DNA of 64,000 nt from sequence record NC_041973.1; one strand, given 5' to 3'. The first letter of the stretch is position 1, and each line of letters opens with the position of its first letter. Under the pieces are notes generated by a model. The model was not told where the DNA came from and ran no database searches. It saw only the letters and a list, made by a program, of their open reading frames with translations. The position numbers and the translations under genes were made by a program. Shown here in pieces: positions 1 through 9,452 of this stretch.

Positions 1-11
1 TTATTAACGAC

Positions 12-671
12 ATGTACTTTGTCATCTACCCGAATAAAATCAGGTTCCGTGGTGGCGAGTATGATAAGTACATCGAAGCGATTGCCTTGATGTATGGACT
101 GGTGAGTAATAAGAAGGTCAAGACCAAAGGCTTCGGCGGGACGTATAACCACGTCAAGTTTGAGCAAAGCATCATGAAAGACAAGCAGCTGTTGAAGACG
201 TACCTTACGCTCATCAACAAGGTGTTCTCCTTCTTCTTTATTAAAGTGAAGGAACCTGAACAACGCTGTCTCATTTATTGTGCCACGGTCGAGATGTGTT
301 TGTACGTGACGGATTATCTGAGCACTATCCATGATACCCTGATCGTGCGTAAGTATACCCAGGAAGACCCGAAAGAATCGTTGTATGAATCTGACGTGAG
401 TGTTTCGACACTGAAGTCAGCCGGTACCGGTGTGGATATCCCAGGACTCCGCACTTGCATCATGACGATCGCGATTGGGTCACGGCAAGCCAGTGATCAG
501 GCATTGGGGCGACTGCGGCGGTTGAAAGACTACCCGGACACTATCCCGACGTTTGTTTACTTCGCCTGCACGGGTATCGAAGCACACATGAAATACCACA
601 GCAAGAAACTCGAACTCTTCCCAGTGAAGACGTTGAGTCTGCGTGAGGTGAACAGCGGCTTCTCGTTATAA
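12..671 (+). CDS. SF2 (UvsW-like) helicase, C-terminal part; reading frame is open to the window edge, so probably 5'-truncated
   Basis: Helicase-C motifs STLKSAGTGVDIPGL and QALGRLRR; frame has no stop upstream of position 12. Confidence 0.8.
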   Translation: MYFVIYPNKIRFRGGEYDKYIEAIALMYGLVSNKKVKTKGFGGTYNHVKFEQSIMKDKQLLKTYLTLINKVFSFFFIKVKEPEQRCLIYCATVEMCLYVTDYLSTIHDTLIVRKYTQEDPKESLYESDVSVSTLKSAGTGVDIPGLRTCIMTIAIGSRQASDQALGRLRRLKDYPDTIPTFVYFACTGIEAHMKYHSKKLELFPVKTLSLREVNSGFSL

Positions 672-682
672 ACTGACTGTGT

Positions 683-718
683 AAAAGACCAGGGGGCTTA
701 CTCCTTGGTCTTTTATGC
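683..718 (+). terminator. Hairpin terminator with TTTTATGC tail
   Basis: GACCAGGGGG-CTTA-CTCCTTGGTC then TTTTATGC, just after the helicase stop. Confidence 0.7.
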
Positions 719-755
719 TTTCTTTCCTTTTCTTTTTGTTAAGGATACACAGCTT

Positions 756-1082
756 ATGAATGGTAACCGACCAGTAATGGTGATTGGCGGCATGGGGTTG
801 AGTCCTGCATTGATTGAGCGCTTACGGCAGTTAGACGACCTGGAGATCAAGTTGGTGGCCGATGTGGCAATCAGCGATATCCTGGAGTTTGAACCGGGTT
901 ATGCTCGCGGCTTGGTTCAGGCGATTCAGCATCAGCAACAACGTGAGTGGAATCCCTTCCGGGAAAGCTACTGGGATAACTTCATTACCCTGCGACGTAA
1001 AGAAGTCAACGGACATACCCGCATTCCTCCCAAGAAAGCCACCTGCAGCTCCCGTCGTAAGGGACGGAGGTTCAAGGGATGA
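756..1082 (+). CDS. Hypothetical protein with basic C-terminal tail
   Basis: AAGGA RBS before ATG 756; the ORF-track TTG at 705 lies inside the terminator. Confidence 0.6.
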   Translation: MNGNRPVMVIGGMGLSPALIERLRQLDDLEIKLVADVAISDILEFEPGYARGLVQAIQHQQQREWNPFRESYWDNFITLRRKEVNGHTRIPPKKATCSSRRKGRRFKG

Positions 1083-1402
1083 GCGAGATCGATTATCGTG
1101 CATTGAAGTATTGTGTCACCAAGGTTAGTCGGCGTATCCGCGACGGGGATTCCCGTAACGCGTCACGTTGCCTCTTCCAGTATGTTGAGACGCACGCCGC
1201 ATTACAAGACATGGCCGCCATTGATCGTCTTTTAGCACAGTGCCGAGAAAATAAGGTACCCCTAAAAGAGATCAACAAAGTCTCGTTACTGCGTGCATGC
1301 TCATGTTTACGCCCCCACCTTACAGAGTATCAGTCGTGTATGGACCTGTGGCGCCAGGACATTAAAGCGGCGGGTATGGAAAACTTATTAATAGGATTGT
1401 GA
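1079..1402 (+). CDS. Hypothetical protein
   Basis: ATGA start/stop overlap with the previous gene. Confidence 0.6.
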   Translation: MSEIDYRALKYCVTKVSRRIRDGDSRNASRCLFQYVETHAALQDMAAIDRLLAQCRENKVPLKEINKVSLLRACSCLRPHLTEYQSCMDLWRQDIKAAGMENLLIGL

Positions 1403-1403
1403 T

Positions 1404-1766
1404 ATGTCTGATTATTGTGCGGATATCTTTAAAGCGATCAGTTGCAAAACCCCCACCAAAGGCAGTGAACTCTACATCGATGATTTCGGTGATCTGTGGA
1501 TGTTGATTCCCAAGCTTAACCGCTTCGGTGAGCAGTCAGTGTTTCGTCAGTATGCCGGTAACCTTGCGTTGATGGCTGACCGCGGGCAGATGTATCAGGG
1601 TCAGTTATATGTGTGTGAGTTGATCCCGGGATATCACTTGGTGTTAACCAACCAAGCCGTGATGGTCAACCAATACAGCCTGGTGCAGTATGTGAAGACC
1701 CGTGCTGCGAAAGTGGAAGCGCGCTACCGTAAGAAACCCAAGCCGATGAGCCGAGCTTACGCGTAA
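1404..1766 (+). CDS. Hypothetical protein
   Basis: Tightly packed in the operon. Confidence 0.6.
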   Translation: MSDYCADIFKAISCKTPTKGSELYIDDFGDLWMLIPKLNRFGEQSVFRQYAGNLALMADRGQMYQGQLYVCELIPGYHLVLTNQAVMVNQYSLVQYVKTRAAKVEARYRKKPKPMSRAYA

Positions 1767-1796
1767 GCAACCTGACTGACAAGAAAGGATAGACCT

Positions 1797-2306
1797 ATGT
1801 TCGAATGGTTCTCTGTGTTATTGATGAAGTGGTTGACCCGAAAGGAAAAGAAACACAACAGGACAGTGCGGGTAGAACCGGTGGTGTTTGAACCGCAACT
1901 CAAACCCACCCCGCAGCCGTTGAGTAACGCGTTAAAAGAAGAAGCGCAGCAGATTCGGGACACCCTGCTGTTTGAGTCGCCGTTGAATAAATCCCGACCG
2001 ATCCCGACCAAACCCACCTTACGGGTAGTAAGACCCAGTACAAGCTCCTCACGCCCACACGGTAAGGCGAACGATGACAGCATGCTAACACATGCCTTAT
2101 TGATGCAGCAGGTGTTAGCAGACGATACAGCGCCGTCTGATCGTCATCATCGTACCCATGCCCCTCAGGATAACCACCGCCATGAAGACCGACCCTCGTA
2201 CCATTCCACGCCCACTCATCATAGCAGTTCTAGTAGTAGTCGCGATGATGATAACGGGAGTAATGATTACAGTAGCGGACCTAGTGACAGCGGTTCGTCT
2301 GATTAA
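1797..2306 (+). CDS. Hypothetical protein with His/Ser/Asp-rich low-complexity C-terminus
   Basis: AAGGA RBS; SSSSSRDDD...SDSGSSD tail. Confidence 0.65.
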   Translation: MFEWFSVLLMKWLTRKEKKHNRTVRVEPVVFEPQLKPTPQPLSNALKEEAQQIRDTLLFESPLNKSRPIPTKPTLRVVRPSTSSSRPHGKANDDSMLTHALLMQQVLADDTAPSDRHHRTHAPQDNHRHEDRPSYHSTPTHHSSSSSSRDDDNGSNDYSSGPSDSGSSD

Positions 2307-2345
2307 TACCCTCGATTAACCTTACGTAATAAGGAACGCCTCACC

Positions 2346-3203
2346 ATGACAGATCCCCACCCCATTCTCGCCGCAGCCATCGGAGAGCCCCAGGATGACG
2401 ATTGCTGGGATTTTCCGGGCGAGACTGTTGTTGGTCACGGCGACTTGATGTACACCAACATCCATAAGCCTCAGGCATTATGGAACGGTGTTATCCGGTC
2501 ACTGCGAAAACGTTTCCTTACTGAACCATCAATTAACCAAAAGGATACTTGTATGACCGAGCAATACAAGCCATCGCCTGACACCGGCTACCAAAACCTT
2601 TTCTGTGAGCCCGATGTTCTCAACACAAACGACCGAATTTATCCCCGCAAGAGTCTGGTAGCCTTACTGGAGAAATTCCCCTCCGATAATTTTCGTGGAA
2701 CACCCGCAGTTCGCTATCCTTTTATGCGCCGTCTGGCGGTGTTGTTTAAGATAGCGTTCTTACAGACCAGCCTTGACCAGAAAGCTTTATCCTTGAATAC
2801 ACGCCAGACCGGTAAACCACGGATCACGCAACATTCATTAACTAGTATCTGTAATTTAATGCACCAGCTGCATTATGAGCTCAGAGAGCTTCAGTATCAG
2901 AACCCCAATCCGATTGACCTGACCCGTTATGCAAGGCTGTTGAAGTGGGAAGCTGTAAAGACGGAAAAACCAGAGTGGCTTACATCCCTGGATGCAATTG
3001 AGTCACGCACCAAGTATAGCCGTCCGTTTGATGAAGATGTGGCGCATATGTACCTGAACCCCATAATGCCGATTCATAGACAAATTCAGGCGATGGAGCT
3101 TTTACCGGATTTGTTTGTGCCAACCAATCCTAAGTTCGGTAAAGCACTCACAGAACAACTCAACCGTGAAGCGCTGATTGCGCCACGCAAGCGCAGAGGT
3201 TAA
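2346..3203 (+). CDS. Hypothetical protein (contains an NxNxRIYP motif)
   Basis: AAGGA RBS; 285-aa ORF. Confidence 0.65.
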   Translation: MTDPHPILAAAIGEPQDDDCWDFPGETVVGHGDLMYTNIHKPQALWNGVIRSLRKRFLTEPSINQKDTCMTEQYKPSPDTGYQNLFCEPDVLNTNDRIYPRKSLVALLEKFPSDNFRGTPAVRYPFMRRLAVLFKIAFLQTSLDQKALSLNTRQTGKPRITQHSLTSICNLMHQLHYELRELQYQNPNPIDLTRYARLLKWEAVKTEKPEWLTSLDAIESRTKYSRPFDEDVAHMYLNPIMPIHRQIQAMELLPDLFVPTNPKFGKALTEQLNREALIAPRKRRG

Positions 3204-3205
3204 TC

Positions 3206-4345
3206 ATGGCACTGGATCAAGAGTATTATGAAAAGGCATTGGGTGTCCTACTGACCAAAGGCTTCTCTAACCAAGAAGCTGACCAGATCGCCACCACGCT
3301 TTCGGTATATCTCCCGATGCGTTTCATCAAAGCTGGTGTATGGGCACTCATGCCTTACGACCAGCATCCGGCTGATCCCCTGGCATTTAAACACATGCGG
3401 CTACTTGACCGTATCCCTGAGTTAAAGAAACCAGTGATCCTTCAAATGCCGACTGACTTTACTTACACCACGTATGGTCAGGAGTATTGCCCTGGTGCTG
3501 ACTCGCCGGTATACACCACAGGACCCGATGGCTATACACATCATCCGGTTGGTTGGGAAAGTGGCATTACTGGCATGCCAGGCGTAATGGGTCCGGCTGG
3601 GGATGACAATATTGAAGTCAGTGATCTGACCTGTGATCACCCCCAAAGCGATTTTAGACTATCGTTACCTGCCGAATCAATGGCTAGTCAGTTTACCGTT
3701 GTCATGCGGGTTGGTGGTAAGGCTATTAAAATGACGCTGGAAGAACTCATCCAGGAAATTGGAGGTTATGACAAACTTCCTGCTTCTGCACGTGCTGCGA
3801 TTGATCGTGTCATGGAAGAGCATCGCAATGCCCCTGTAACTACTGTATCTGTGCGTACACCCTTACCAGGCGGAGTATCTCAGGATCAAGCTGACTATCT
3901 GAAACTGGGCGACCTCAGCGACATCGAAGGGATCAAACGGGCTTACCCGATCATCGACGAGAAAACAGCTGAACGGATGTCTAAGTTGCATTGTCAGCTT
4001 AATCAGCATATCGCGCGGGTTCATCGTGAGCCGAGAGACGTTGAGGTATTTGATCTGCTTGCGGGCGATCACTCTCAGCGGATATTCCAATCTCGTCATG
4101 CTAAACGTCAGTACCCAAACAGTTTGTTTGAGAAGTTCCTGCCGGATCAAGCAGACATCGATGAACCCGAGGGCATGACTGTTAAAATCAAAACTCACAG
4201 CATACGTCACTTCGGTCACGGTCTTGAAATTAGCACGCCGTTGTTTGGTCAATCCCACAAAAACCCTACGGGACCACAAACCATGCCGGGGCTTGAGAAA
4301 GGCCGTGATGGTAAACGTAAACGTAATAAGAAGGGCAGACGATGA
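3206..4345 (+). CDS. Hypothetical protein, basic C-terminus
   Basis: 379-aa ORF closely following the upstream gene. Confidence 0.7.
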   Translation: MALDQEYYEKALGVLLTKGFSNQEADQIATTLSVYLPMRFIKAGVWALMPYDQHPADPLAFKHMRLLDRIPELKKPVILQMPTDFTYTTYGQEYCPGADSPVYTTGPDGYTHHPVGWESGITGMPGVMGPAGDDNIEVSDLTCDHPQSDFRLSLPAESMASQFTVVMRVGGKAIKMTLEELIQEIGGYDKLPASARAAIDRVMEEHRNAPVTTVSVRTPLPGGVSQDQADYLKLGDLSDIEGIKRAYPIIDEKTAERMSKLHCQLNQHIARVHREPRDVEVFDLLAGDHSQRIFQSRHAKRQYPNSLFEKFLPDQADIDEPEGMTVKIKTHSIRHFGHGLEISTPLFGQSHKNPTGPQTMPGLEKGRDGKRKRNKKGRR

Positions 4346-5115
4346 TCGATCGCAGTTTTGAAGGTGGCTGGGAGTCTATACTGCAATGGCATGGGTTTGC
4401 TGATCGTGCTAAACAGGGGCTGTCTGAGCACTTTGTTATCGTGGATTACGGAACCCTGGCAGAGGCCGCCGCTTTTGAGCAATTGACAGCGCTGGCGGAG
4501 AAAGTGAAGTATGTCTCAGTCGAGCGAGTTAAAGCCGTTGACTTTACCCCGACGCTTGTACGTACGCTACATGAACGTGAACATGGCTGGCATTACTGTC
4601 ATGTCATGGGGCGATGTGGTTACGGCGGCCACGGGATAATGATCGGTGCTAATGGCGGCTGGACAGGCGCGCACGGCGGTGCAGGTGATGCAGGCCCGCC
4701 CTCAACACCTGATGATGGCTCGATACTATACCAGACAGATTACAGTAGTCTCGGTATCCAGGACCGAGGATTTACTACACTGCAAGACATGATGGAAAAC
4801 GCCAGCCCTTACGATTACCCTCGGGAGATTCGTATAGTAGGGGATCGGCATGACCCGGATGTCAAAGCGTTAACGCAGGCAGTGATAAAGCTTGTTGGGC
4901 GTCGAGCTATCAAAGTAGTTAACATACCGCATGCCGACATGATGTATAGACCCGGCCCGCACCGAACGTATAACCTCGCGCCGGAGAAATACCGGGAGCG
5001 ATTTGACATTGCTTATAAACAAGCATTAGAAAATCTCAACAAGGCGGCCATCCTGCCGTATGCCCGTGGACCATTGCAGTCTGTTCTGGCATCAAAGCGC
5101 AAGAAACACTTTTAA
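4342..5115 (+). CDS. Hypothetical protein
   Basis: ATGA overlap with the upstream gene; 257 aa. Confidence 0.65.
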   Translation: MIDRSFEGGWESILQWHGFADRAKQGLSEHFVIVDYGTLAEAAAFEQLTALAEKVKYVSVERVKAVDFTPTLVRTLHEREHGWHYCHVMGRCGYGGHGIMIGANGGWTGAHGGAGDAGPPSTPDDGSILYQTDYSSLGIQDRGFTTLQDMMENASPYDYPREIRIVGDRHDPDVKALTQAVIKLVGRRAIKVVNIPHADMMYRPGPHRTYNLAPEKYRERFDIAYKQALENLNKAAILPYARGPLQSVLASKRKKHF

Positions 5116-5142
5116 TCAGTTCCCCTCAACAGGAGAGTAACC

Positions 5143-5448
5143 ATGTGTAACATGCGATCGGATTGGTTTGTAGAAGACGAACCGTCCATGAAGGAAAGTG
5201 ATCCGCATTTCGACAATAAAGCAATGGATGGCTTGATGGCAAAGATCCGTGACTTTGTTAAAGAGAGTGATGCGGCGACCTATGTCCCGCAAGCCCTGTT
5301 TGGCGAAGCCGGTAAAGTTAACCTGTCCAAAGTGGCAGCAGTAACCCGTCCGGTCGATCACCTCATTACCCTGAACCCAGTGGCCAATGACGGTGATGTG
5401 TATCTGGACTTCGCGCGAGGGAAGCGGCGTGGATACAAACCCCACTGA
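5143..5448 (+). CDS. Hypothetical protein
   Basis: AGGAG RBS. Confidence 0.6.
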   Translation: MCNMRSDWFVEDEPSMKESDPHFDNKAMDGLMAKIRDFVKESDAATYVPQALFGEAGKVNLSKVAAVTRPVDHLITLNPVANDGDVYLDFARGKRRGYKPH

Positions 5449-5659
5449 AGTTAACATCGAGCAGGCCAATCGTTATGAGGGGTCTACCGATGATTTGGTC
5501 CAGCAAGCTAATGATCGTGGTTTTCTCCAGGGGATTCGTATCACTTCTGGCGAGGACATCGATCCAAGCATTTGGACACCTGAGAAGATCGAAAAGTTGA
5601 AAGCTGCACTTCGACATATTCGTGACTCAGAACAACGCATCAAAGGTAGCCAGGGGTAA
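5429..5659 (+). CDS. Hypothetical protein (probable GTG start at 5429)
   Basis: GAGG RBS upstream of an in-frame GTG; followed by a terminator hairpin. Confidence 0.5.
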   Translation: MDTNPTEVNIEQANRYEGSTDDLVQQANDRGFLQGIRITSGEDIDPSIWTPEKIEKLKAALRHIRDSEQRIKGSQG

Positions 5660-5677
5660 CACCCTGGCTTTATGCCG
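5648..5677 (+). terminator. Hairpin-TTATGCCG element
   Basis: AGCCAGGG-GTAACA-CCCTGGCT + TTATGCCG. Confidence 0.65.
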
Positions 5678-5697
5678 GTTTAACGAGGACGTGTAAC

Positions 5698-6153
5698 ATG
5701 GAATCGAGCGGTTTGATTACGCTGGCAATGGTCTTTTTAACCTTCGTCATTGGGTTATGTTGTTGGCTGACGCGTTTCATACGCTATCACACCAACCGCT
5801 ACACCGTTGACACCAAGAAGGCGTTAAAGCAATTTGCCTGTAAGCTTGAAAGAGTACTGGATGTCCCGCAGCCGTATTCGCTGGCACAAAGCGAAATGAC
5901 AAGGCTGGATAATGAACTGAACGCTTCTCTCTTCCTCTTTGAAGAGATCACAGGGAAGATCCACGATGAAACCAGTCGACTGTACCTGGAGTCAAGTTTC
6001 ATGGTGGTGCGCGGCACTCAACACGATACCCCGATTCGTATCTGTGTGGCGAACACAATCTTCAGCCTGTCAACGACTAACCACAATCACCACAGCGTCA
6101 TGAAGGTCATCAACGACTTTAATAACCGCTTGGCTAAAATTGTAGAAAGTTAA
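5698..6153 (+). CDS. Hypothetical membrane protein with an N-terminal TM helix
   Basis: GAGGA RBS; hydrophobic LITLAMVFLTFVIGLCCWL. Confidence 0.65.
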   Translation: MESSGLITLAMVFLTFVIGLCCWLTRFIRYHTNRYTVDTKKALKQFACKLERVLDVPQPYSLAQSEMTRLDNELNASLFLFEEITGKIHDETSRLYLESSFMVVRGTQHDTPIRICVANTIFSLSTTNHNHHSVMKVINDFNNRLAKIVES

Positions 6154-6159
6154 GCACAG

Positions 6160-6198
6160 AAAAACTCAGACCTATATCACGCCCGTGATAGACCCCTC
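6160..6198 (+). promoter_or_regulatory. Candidate phage early promoter (ACCTATATCAC variant)
   Basis: Resembles the ACCTACATTA copies at 13828, 54046 and 63924; overlaps inverted repeat TATCAC-GCCC-GTGATA. Confidence 0.45.
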
Positions 6199-6228
6199 AA
6201 CCCCCATTAATCTTAAGTGAGTTCAATC

Positions 6229-6669
6229 ATGAAATACGTTTACACTATTATCGCTGTTCTTGGTTTCTCTTTTGCGTCTGTTGCAGTTGCTGCAGATCAA
6301 ACCAAAGTGGTGAAAGGTTGGTACGCCGAATACAACACGGCTTCGGTCCTGTATTCTGCTGGGCCAAAGAAAGGACAAGAATTGACCATGGAATGTGTAT
6401 TAGGTGGTTGGACGTTTGCGTATGCAGACAAGATGGGCGAGGAAGTAAACTCGGTCGATGATGACATGACAATCCTGGTCGACGGTGCAGCGTTTGCTGT
6501 GCCGAAGACTCAGGGTCAGCGTGAGAAGTTATACGCCGCCATTCAGCACGCTAAGAGTGGTATTCAATACAAGACCCACGCCTATGGTGTGTCGGTAGTA
6601 TTCCCAGTGGATGGCTTGGCCGAGATGTTTCGTGACCTGCCGTTTGAAGTCAGCCCGTGCATGAGCTAA
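6229..6669 (+). CDS. Putative secreted/periplasmic protein
   Basis: Sec-type signal peptide MKYVYTIIAVLGFSFASVAVA-A. Confidence 0.65.
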   Translation: MKYVYTIIAVLGFSFASVAVAADQTKVVKGWYAEYNTASVLYSAGPKKGQELTMECVLGGWTFAYADKMGEEVNSVDDDMTILVDGAAFAVPKTQGQREKLYAAIQHAKSGIQYKTHAYGVSVVFPVDGLAEMFRDLPFEVSPCMS

Positions 6670-6682
6670 AAGGAAAACAATT

Positions 6683-7384
6683 GTGATGACCCCTACCAAA
6701 CAAATTAAACGCAGCTACCGTCTGATCAAAGTGACTGCCGATGTAACACGGGATAACTGGGTCGGGAAAGACATCGACTTCATTGTTCAGCCCAATAAAG
6801 ACATGATCGACGACACCACACGTGGTGGACCTAATCGCCTGCTCGCGACATACATCGTGCTGGGTAACCGTATTCCTGTAACCGTTAACAGCCATGCGGC
6901 CATTACCCGGGAAGAAGGCTTGCAGGATCTGCAGGTCAGTATTGTCGATGGTCAGTCAAAATACATTGACATCAGTAATGTGCGTTACGTCGTGTCGTGT
7001 GAGTTAGAAGAGCACTTCACCTGCACCCCACCAAAAGAACCTTCGCTACTTGATCAGCTGGTTGGCGGACCAATGGGTGACCCAACCCATATGTTCATTA
7101 TCGATGAAAACTATAACGTCTTTGTCGGCACAGCGAACGATTCACAGGAAGATTATACCTTGGCTGGTCGTCTGATCAGTAACCTCGGTTCTCATGATGC
7201 TGAAGCTAATGATTTGGAGATTATCGGCAGTTATCCTGATGACCAAGGTGACCACTACTACGTCTCCATTGACTGGAACAAGTCATTCATTTCCGGGATT
7301 TCCAACAACGAGAAATGCGAATGGTTTAACCAACTCGATGCACTGGTAGCAATGTTGCTGGAAAAGATTAAAGTTACAGTGTAA
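6683..7384 (+). CDS. Hypothetical protein
   Basis: AAGGA RBS; 233 aa. Confidence 0.65.
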   Translation: MMTPTKQIKRSYRLIKVTADVTRDNWVGKDIDFIVQPNKDMIDDTTRGGPNRLLATYIVLGNRIPVTVNSHAAITREEGLQDLQVSIVDGQSKYIDISNVRYVVSCELEEHFTCTPPKEPSLLDQLVGGPMGDPTHMFIIDENYNVFVGTANDSQEDYTLAGRLISNLGSHDAEANDLEIIGSYPDDQGDHYYVSIDWNKSFISGISNNEKCEWFNQLDALVAMLLEKIKVTV

Positions 7385-7392
7385 GTAATATC

Positions 7393-7425
7393 AGGCAGGG
7401 GGAATACTCTCTGCCTTTATTTTTT
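7393..7425 (+). terminator. Intrinsic terminator
   Basis: AGGCAGGGGG-AATA-CTCTCTGCCT + TTATTTTTT. Confidence 0.7.
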
Positions 7426-7496
7426 GTGGTATTCTGCCACAGAAAACTACTGGCCATACTACCAGTGGTATTCACTCAATAGACTGCGAGGAATAA

Positions 7497-8057
7497 ATGA
7501 TGTTTGATAAAATTGAAGGATTGGCTGATGTGATCGAGCTGAAGTACGGCTTGCTTGATATCACCTATCACCGCGGTAACGACAAAGACCTCTATGTCGA
7601 TGTCTTTTATAAAGACACACGCTTGTCAAGCCGGCGTGACCTGACCGATGCCCTGGACTACGCTTATATCGGTGTGCGGTTGTGTAACCCTCAGTTCGGT
7701 GCCTGGTGTTATGGTGCTGAGCGTGAGTTGGTCATGTCGCATTTAATGGACGCATTGAGAATGGTGGGTAAGCCTGCACCCAGGGCGGTTGAAGACTCAC
7801 GGTTAAAGACAGGGATTCATCGTACCATTCAGCTGCTTACCGAGAACGGTAACCTGCATCCGAAAGAGGATGATATCCGCATCACGATCCATCGCGCGGC
7901 ACGAGTGGACTACGGTTCAACAGATACCATCGAAACAACCATCAGCATGACCAACCACGATATTACTATTAGTAAGCGACGGATTGAGTGTGTCAGTGGT
8001 GAGATGCGGGATTTACAAGCATGGGCGCGTAAGTTATATGCGAGACACTTTGAATAA
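7497..8057 (+). CDS. Hypothetical protein
   Basis: GAGGA RBS. Confidence 0.65.
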   Translation: MMFDKIEGLADVIELKYGLLDITYHRGNDKDLYVDVFYKDTRLSSRRDLTDALDYAYIGVRLCNPQFGAWCYGAERELVMSHLMDALRMVGKPAPRAVEDSRLKTGIHRTIQLLTENGNLHPKEDDIRITIHRAARVDYGSTDTIETTISMTNHDITISKRRIECVSGEMRDLQAWARKLYARHFE

Positions 8058-8067
8058 CGAGGTAGCT

Positions 8068-8469
8068 ATGGGTAGTGCGTACTGTAAGGTTGTGGCAATC
8101 CACAGCATCTATGTACACAGTGCAGCGATGGAAGCGGTATCCGCTAAATACAGGAGCTGTTTTCGTTTGGCGTATAACTTCGTGAATGCTACGCAGTTAG
8201 CCCAACAGCTACGGCTTGCCGTGAAGAACAGCGAAATCCTGATTGTCGATACCAGTGACTTTACTCGCCGGGCACTTAACAATCTTAATGAGCAGTTCTA
8301 CTGCATCTATCCGGGTGAGGAACAACATTCCGATATGTCAGTCAAGCATCAGCGTAACTGTCGCATGACGCCTGACTGTATTCATATCGAAATTCAAAAC
8401 CTCAGCGACTTTGAGCGCTTAAACTGGGAAGTTCGACCCGATGCAGGGTTAAGGATATCACGCCGTTAG
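8068..8469 (+). CDS. Hypothetical protein (start probably ATG 8068)
   Basis: GAGGT RBS before ATG 8068; avoids a long overlap with the upstream gene. Confidence 0.55.
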   Translation: MGSAYCKVVAIHSIYVHSAAMEAVSAKYRSCFRLAYNFVNATQLAQQLRLAVKNSEILIVDTSDFTRRALNNLNEQFYCIYPGEEQHSDMSVKHQRNCRMTPDCIHIEIQNLSDFERLNWEVRPDAGLRISRR

Positions 8470-8471
8470 AA

Positions 8472-8523
8472 CGGCATATAGGCCCTCCGTAATGGAGGGC
8501 CTTTTATGACATCTTTTTTTTTT
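8472..8523. terminator. Bidirectional terminator between convergent genes
   Basis: CGGCATA-TAGGCCCTCC-GTAAT-GGAGGGCCT-TTTATGAC followed by a T10 run. Confidence 0.75.
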
Positions 8524-8534
8524 GGTTTACAGCG

Positions 8535-8981
8535 TTATACCAGGCGCTGAGTTAACTGCGAACTATATTGAATAGCGTGATAGGTCGCAGGTTTCTCAAG
8601 CTGCTCGGTGCAGCGGTAGACCGGGGTCTTCATAAAAGGGCAACCGGCATTCATTAATGCCTCACGGTTGCTGGGCGACTCATCCACGCGAATCACCACA
8701 TCCGTGGACTGGAAGCCAAAGACTTCCCGCTTCGTTGCAGTATATTCTGCATCCAGCACCACGATCTTACGGTTGATCACCAGCTTCACGGCCACCGGGT
8801 ATTTGATTACCAGGTCTGACCCTAAGCCCGCCAAGACAAACTTAATGACAAACTTCTTAAGTCCATTTAGCAACTGACTCTCACTGGCCCAACTTTTAAC
8901 AATCTGCAGCATGTGTGTATTTCCACTCATATAAGGGGAAGTTAAGAAAAGCAACCTGAGGGCCCGTCCGTGATCCCTCAT
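8535..8981 (-). CDS. Hypothetical protein (start uncertain)
   Basis: Follows the 8988 ORF after a 7-nt gap and ends at the bidirectional terminator. Confidence 0.5.
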   Translation of the reverse strand: MRDHGRALRLLFLTSPYMSGNTHMLQIVKSWASESQLLNGLKKFVIKFVLAGLGSDLVIKYPVAVKLVINRKIVVLDAEYTATKREVFGFQSTDVVIRVDESPSNREALMNAGCPFMKTPVYRCTEQLEKPATYHAIQYSSQLTQRLV

Positions 8982-8987
8982 AATGTA

Positions 8988-9452
8988 TTACTTCATACCG
9001 TCCAACTGCTTTTGAAGTTCCTTTAACTGACGGCTTGCATCCGGCGTCTCGGCGTCATGATCTCTGATCGCTTCAATAAACGACTTCCGTTTGCAATAAG
9101 GATACTTCATCCATTTATCAAATGACAAACCAAATTTGCCCAAGATATCCGCACGCAGATATTCGAGCTCATACTTTCGATACCCAACTAACGCCAGCGA
9201 GTCTTCCTGCTCGACCTGTAAGATTAACGAGAGCGGCGAGGTTTCCACGTTATGGTCAATAATCCCAAACGTGTCATCGTAAAGCTCTGTTAATCGAATT
9301 AGTGGATACTCCCAGTTCTCGGTAAGAAACGTGGGGTTTTCTAACGCGACATCCCAGGCATCGGACCGATCACTTTCGGACAGACCGAAATCCCAATGGA
9401 TTAGATGTCGGCTTGATCGAACGTCTGATTCAGTGTATTCGTCATTAGGGTA
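8988..9452 (-). CDS. Tail/baseplate assembly chaperone C-terminal (T-like) ORF, probably reached by -1 frameshift from the upstream gene
   Basis: ILGKFGLSFDKWMKYP resembles the short C-terminal domain of tail-assembly chaperone fusions; no start codon with an RBS after the upstream stop; T8 run at the overlap. Confidence 0.6.
   Translation of the reverse strand, partial: YPNDEYTESDVRSSRHLIHWDFGLSESDRSDAWDVALENPTFLTENWEYPLIRLTELYDDTFGIIDHNVETSPLSLILQVEQEDSLALVGYRKYELEYLRADILGKFGLSFDKWMKYPYCKRKSFIEAIRDHDAETPDASRQLKELQKQLDGMK

Noticed and set aside
3570-3605. GITGMPGVMGPAG as a collagen domain
   Set aside because: Only four triplets; too short to support
8068-8469. Possible nucleoside 2-deoxyribosyltransferase/TIR-like fold (SEILIVDTS)
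   Set aside because: Catalytic residues not recognisable; resemblance too weak
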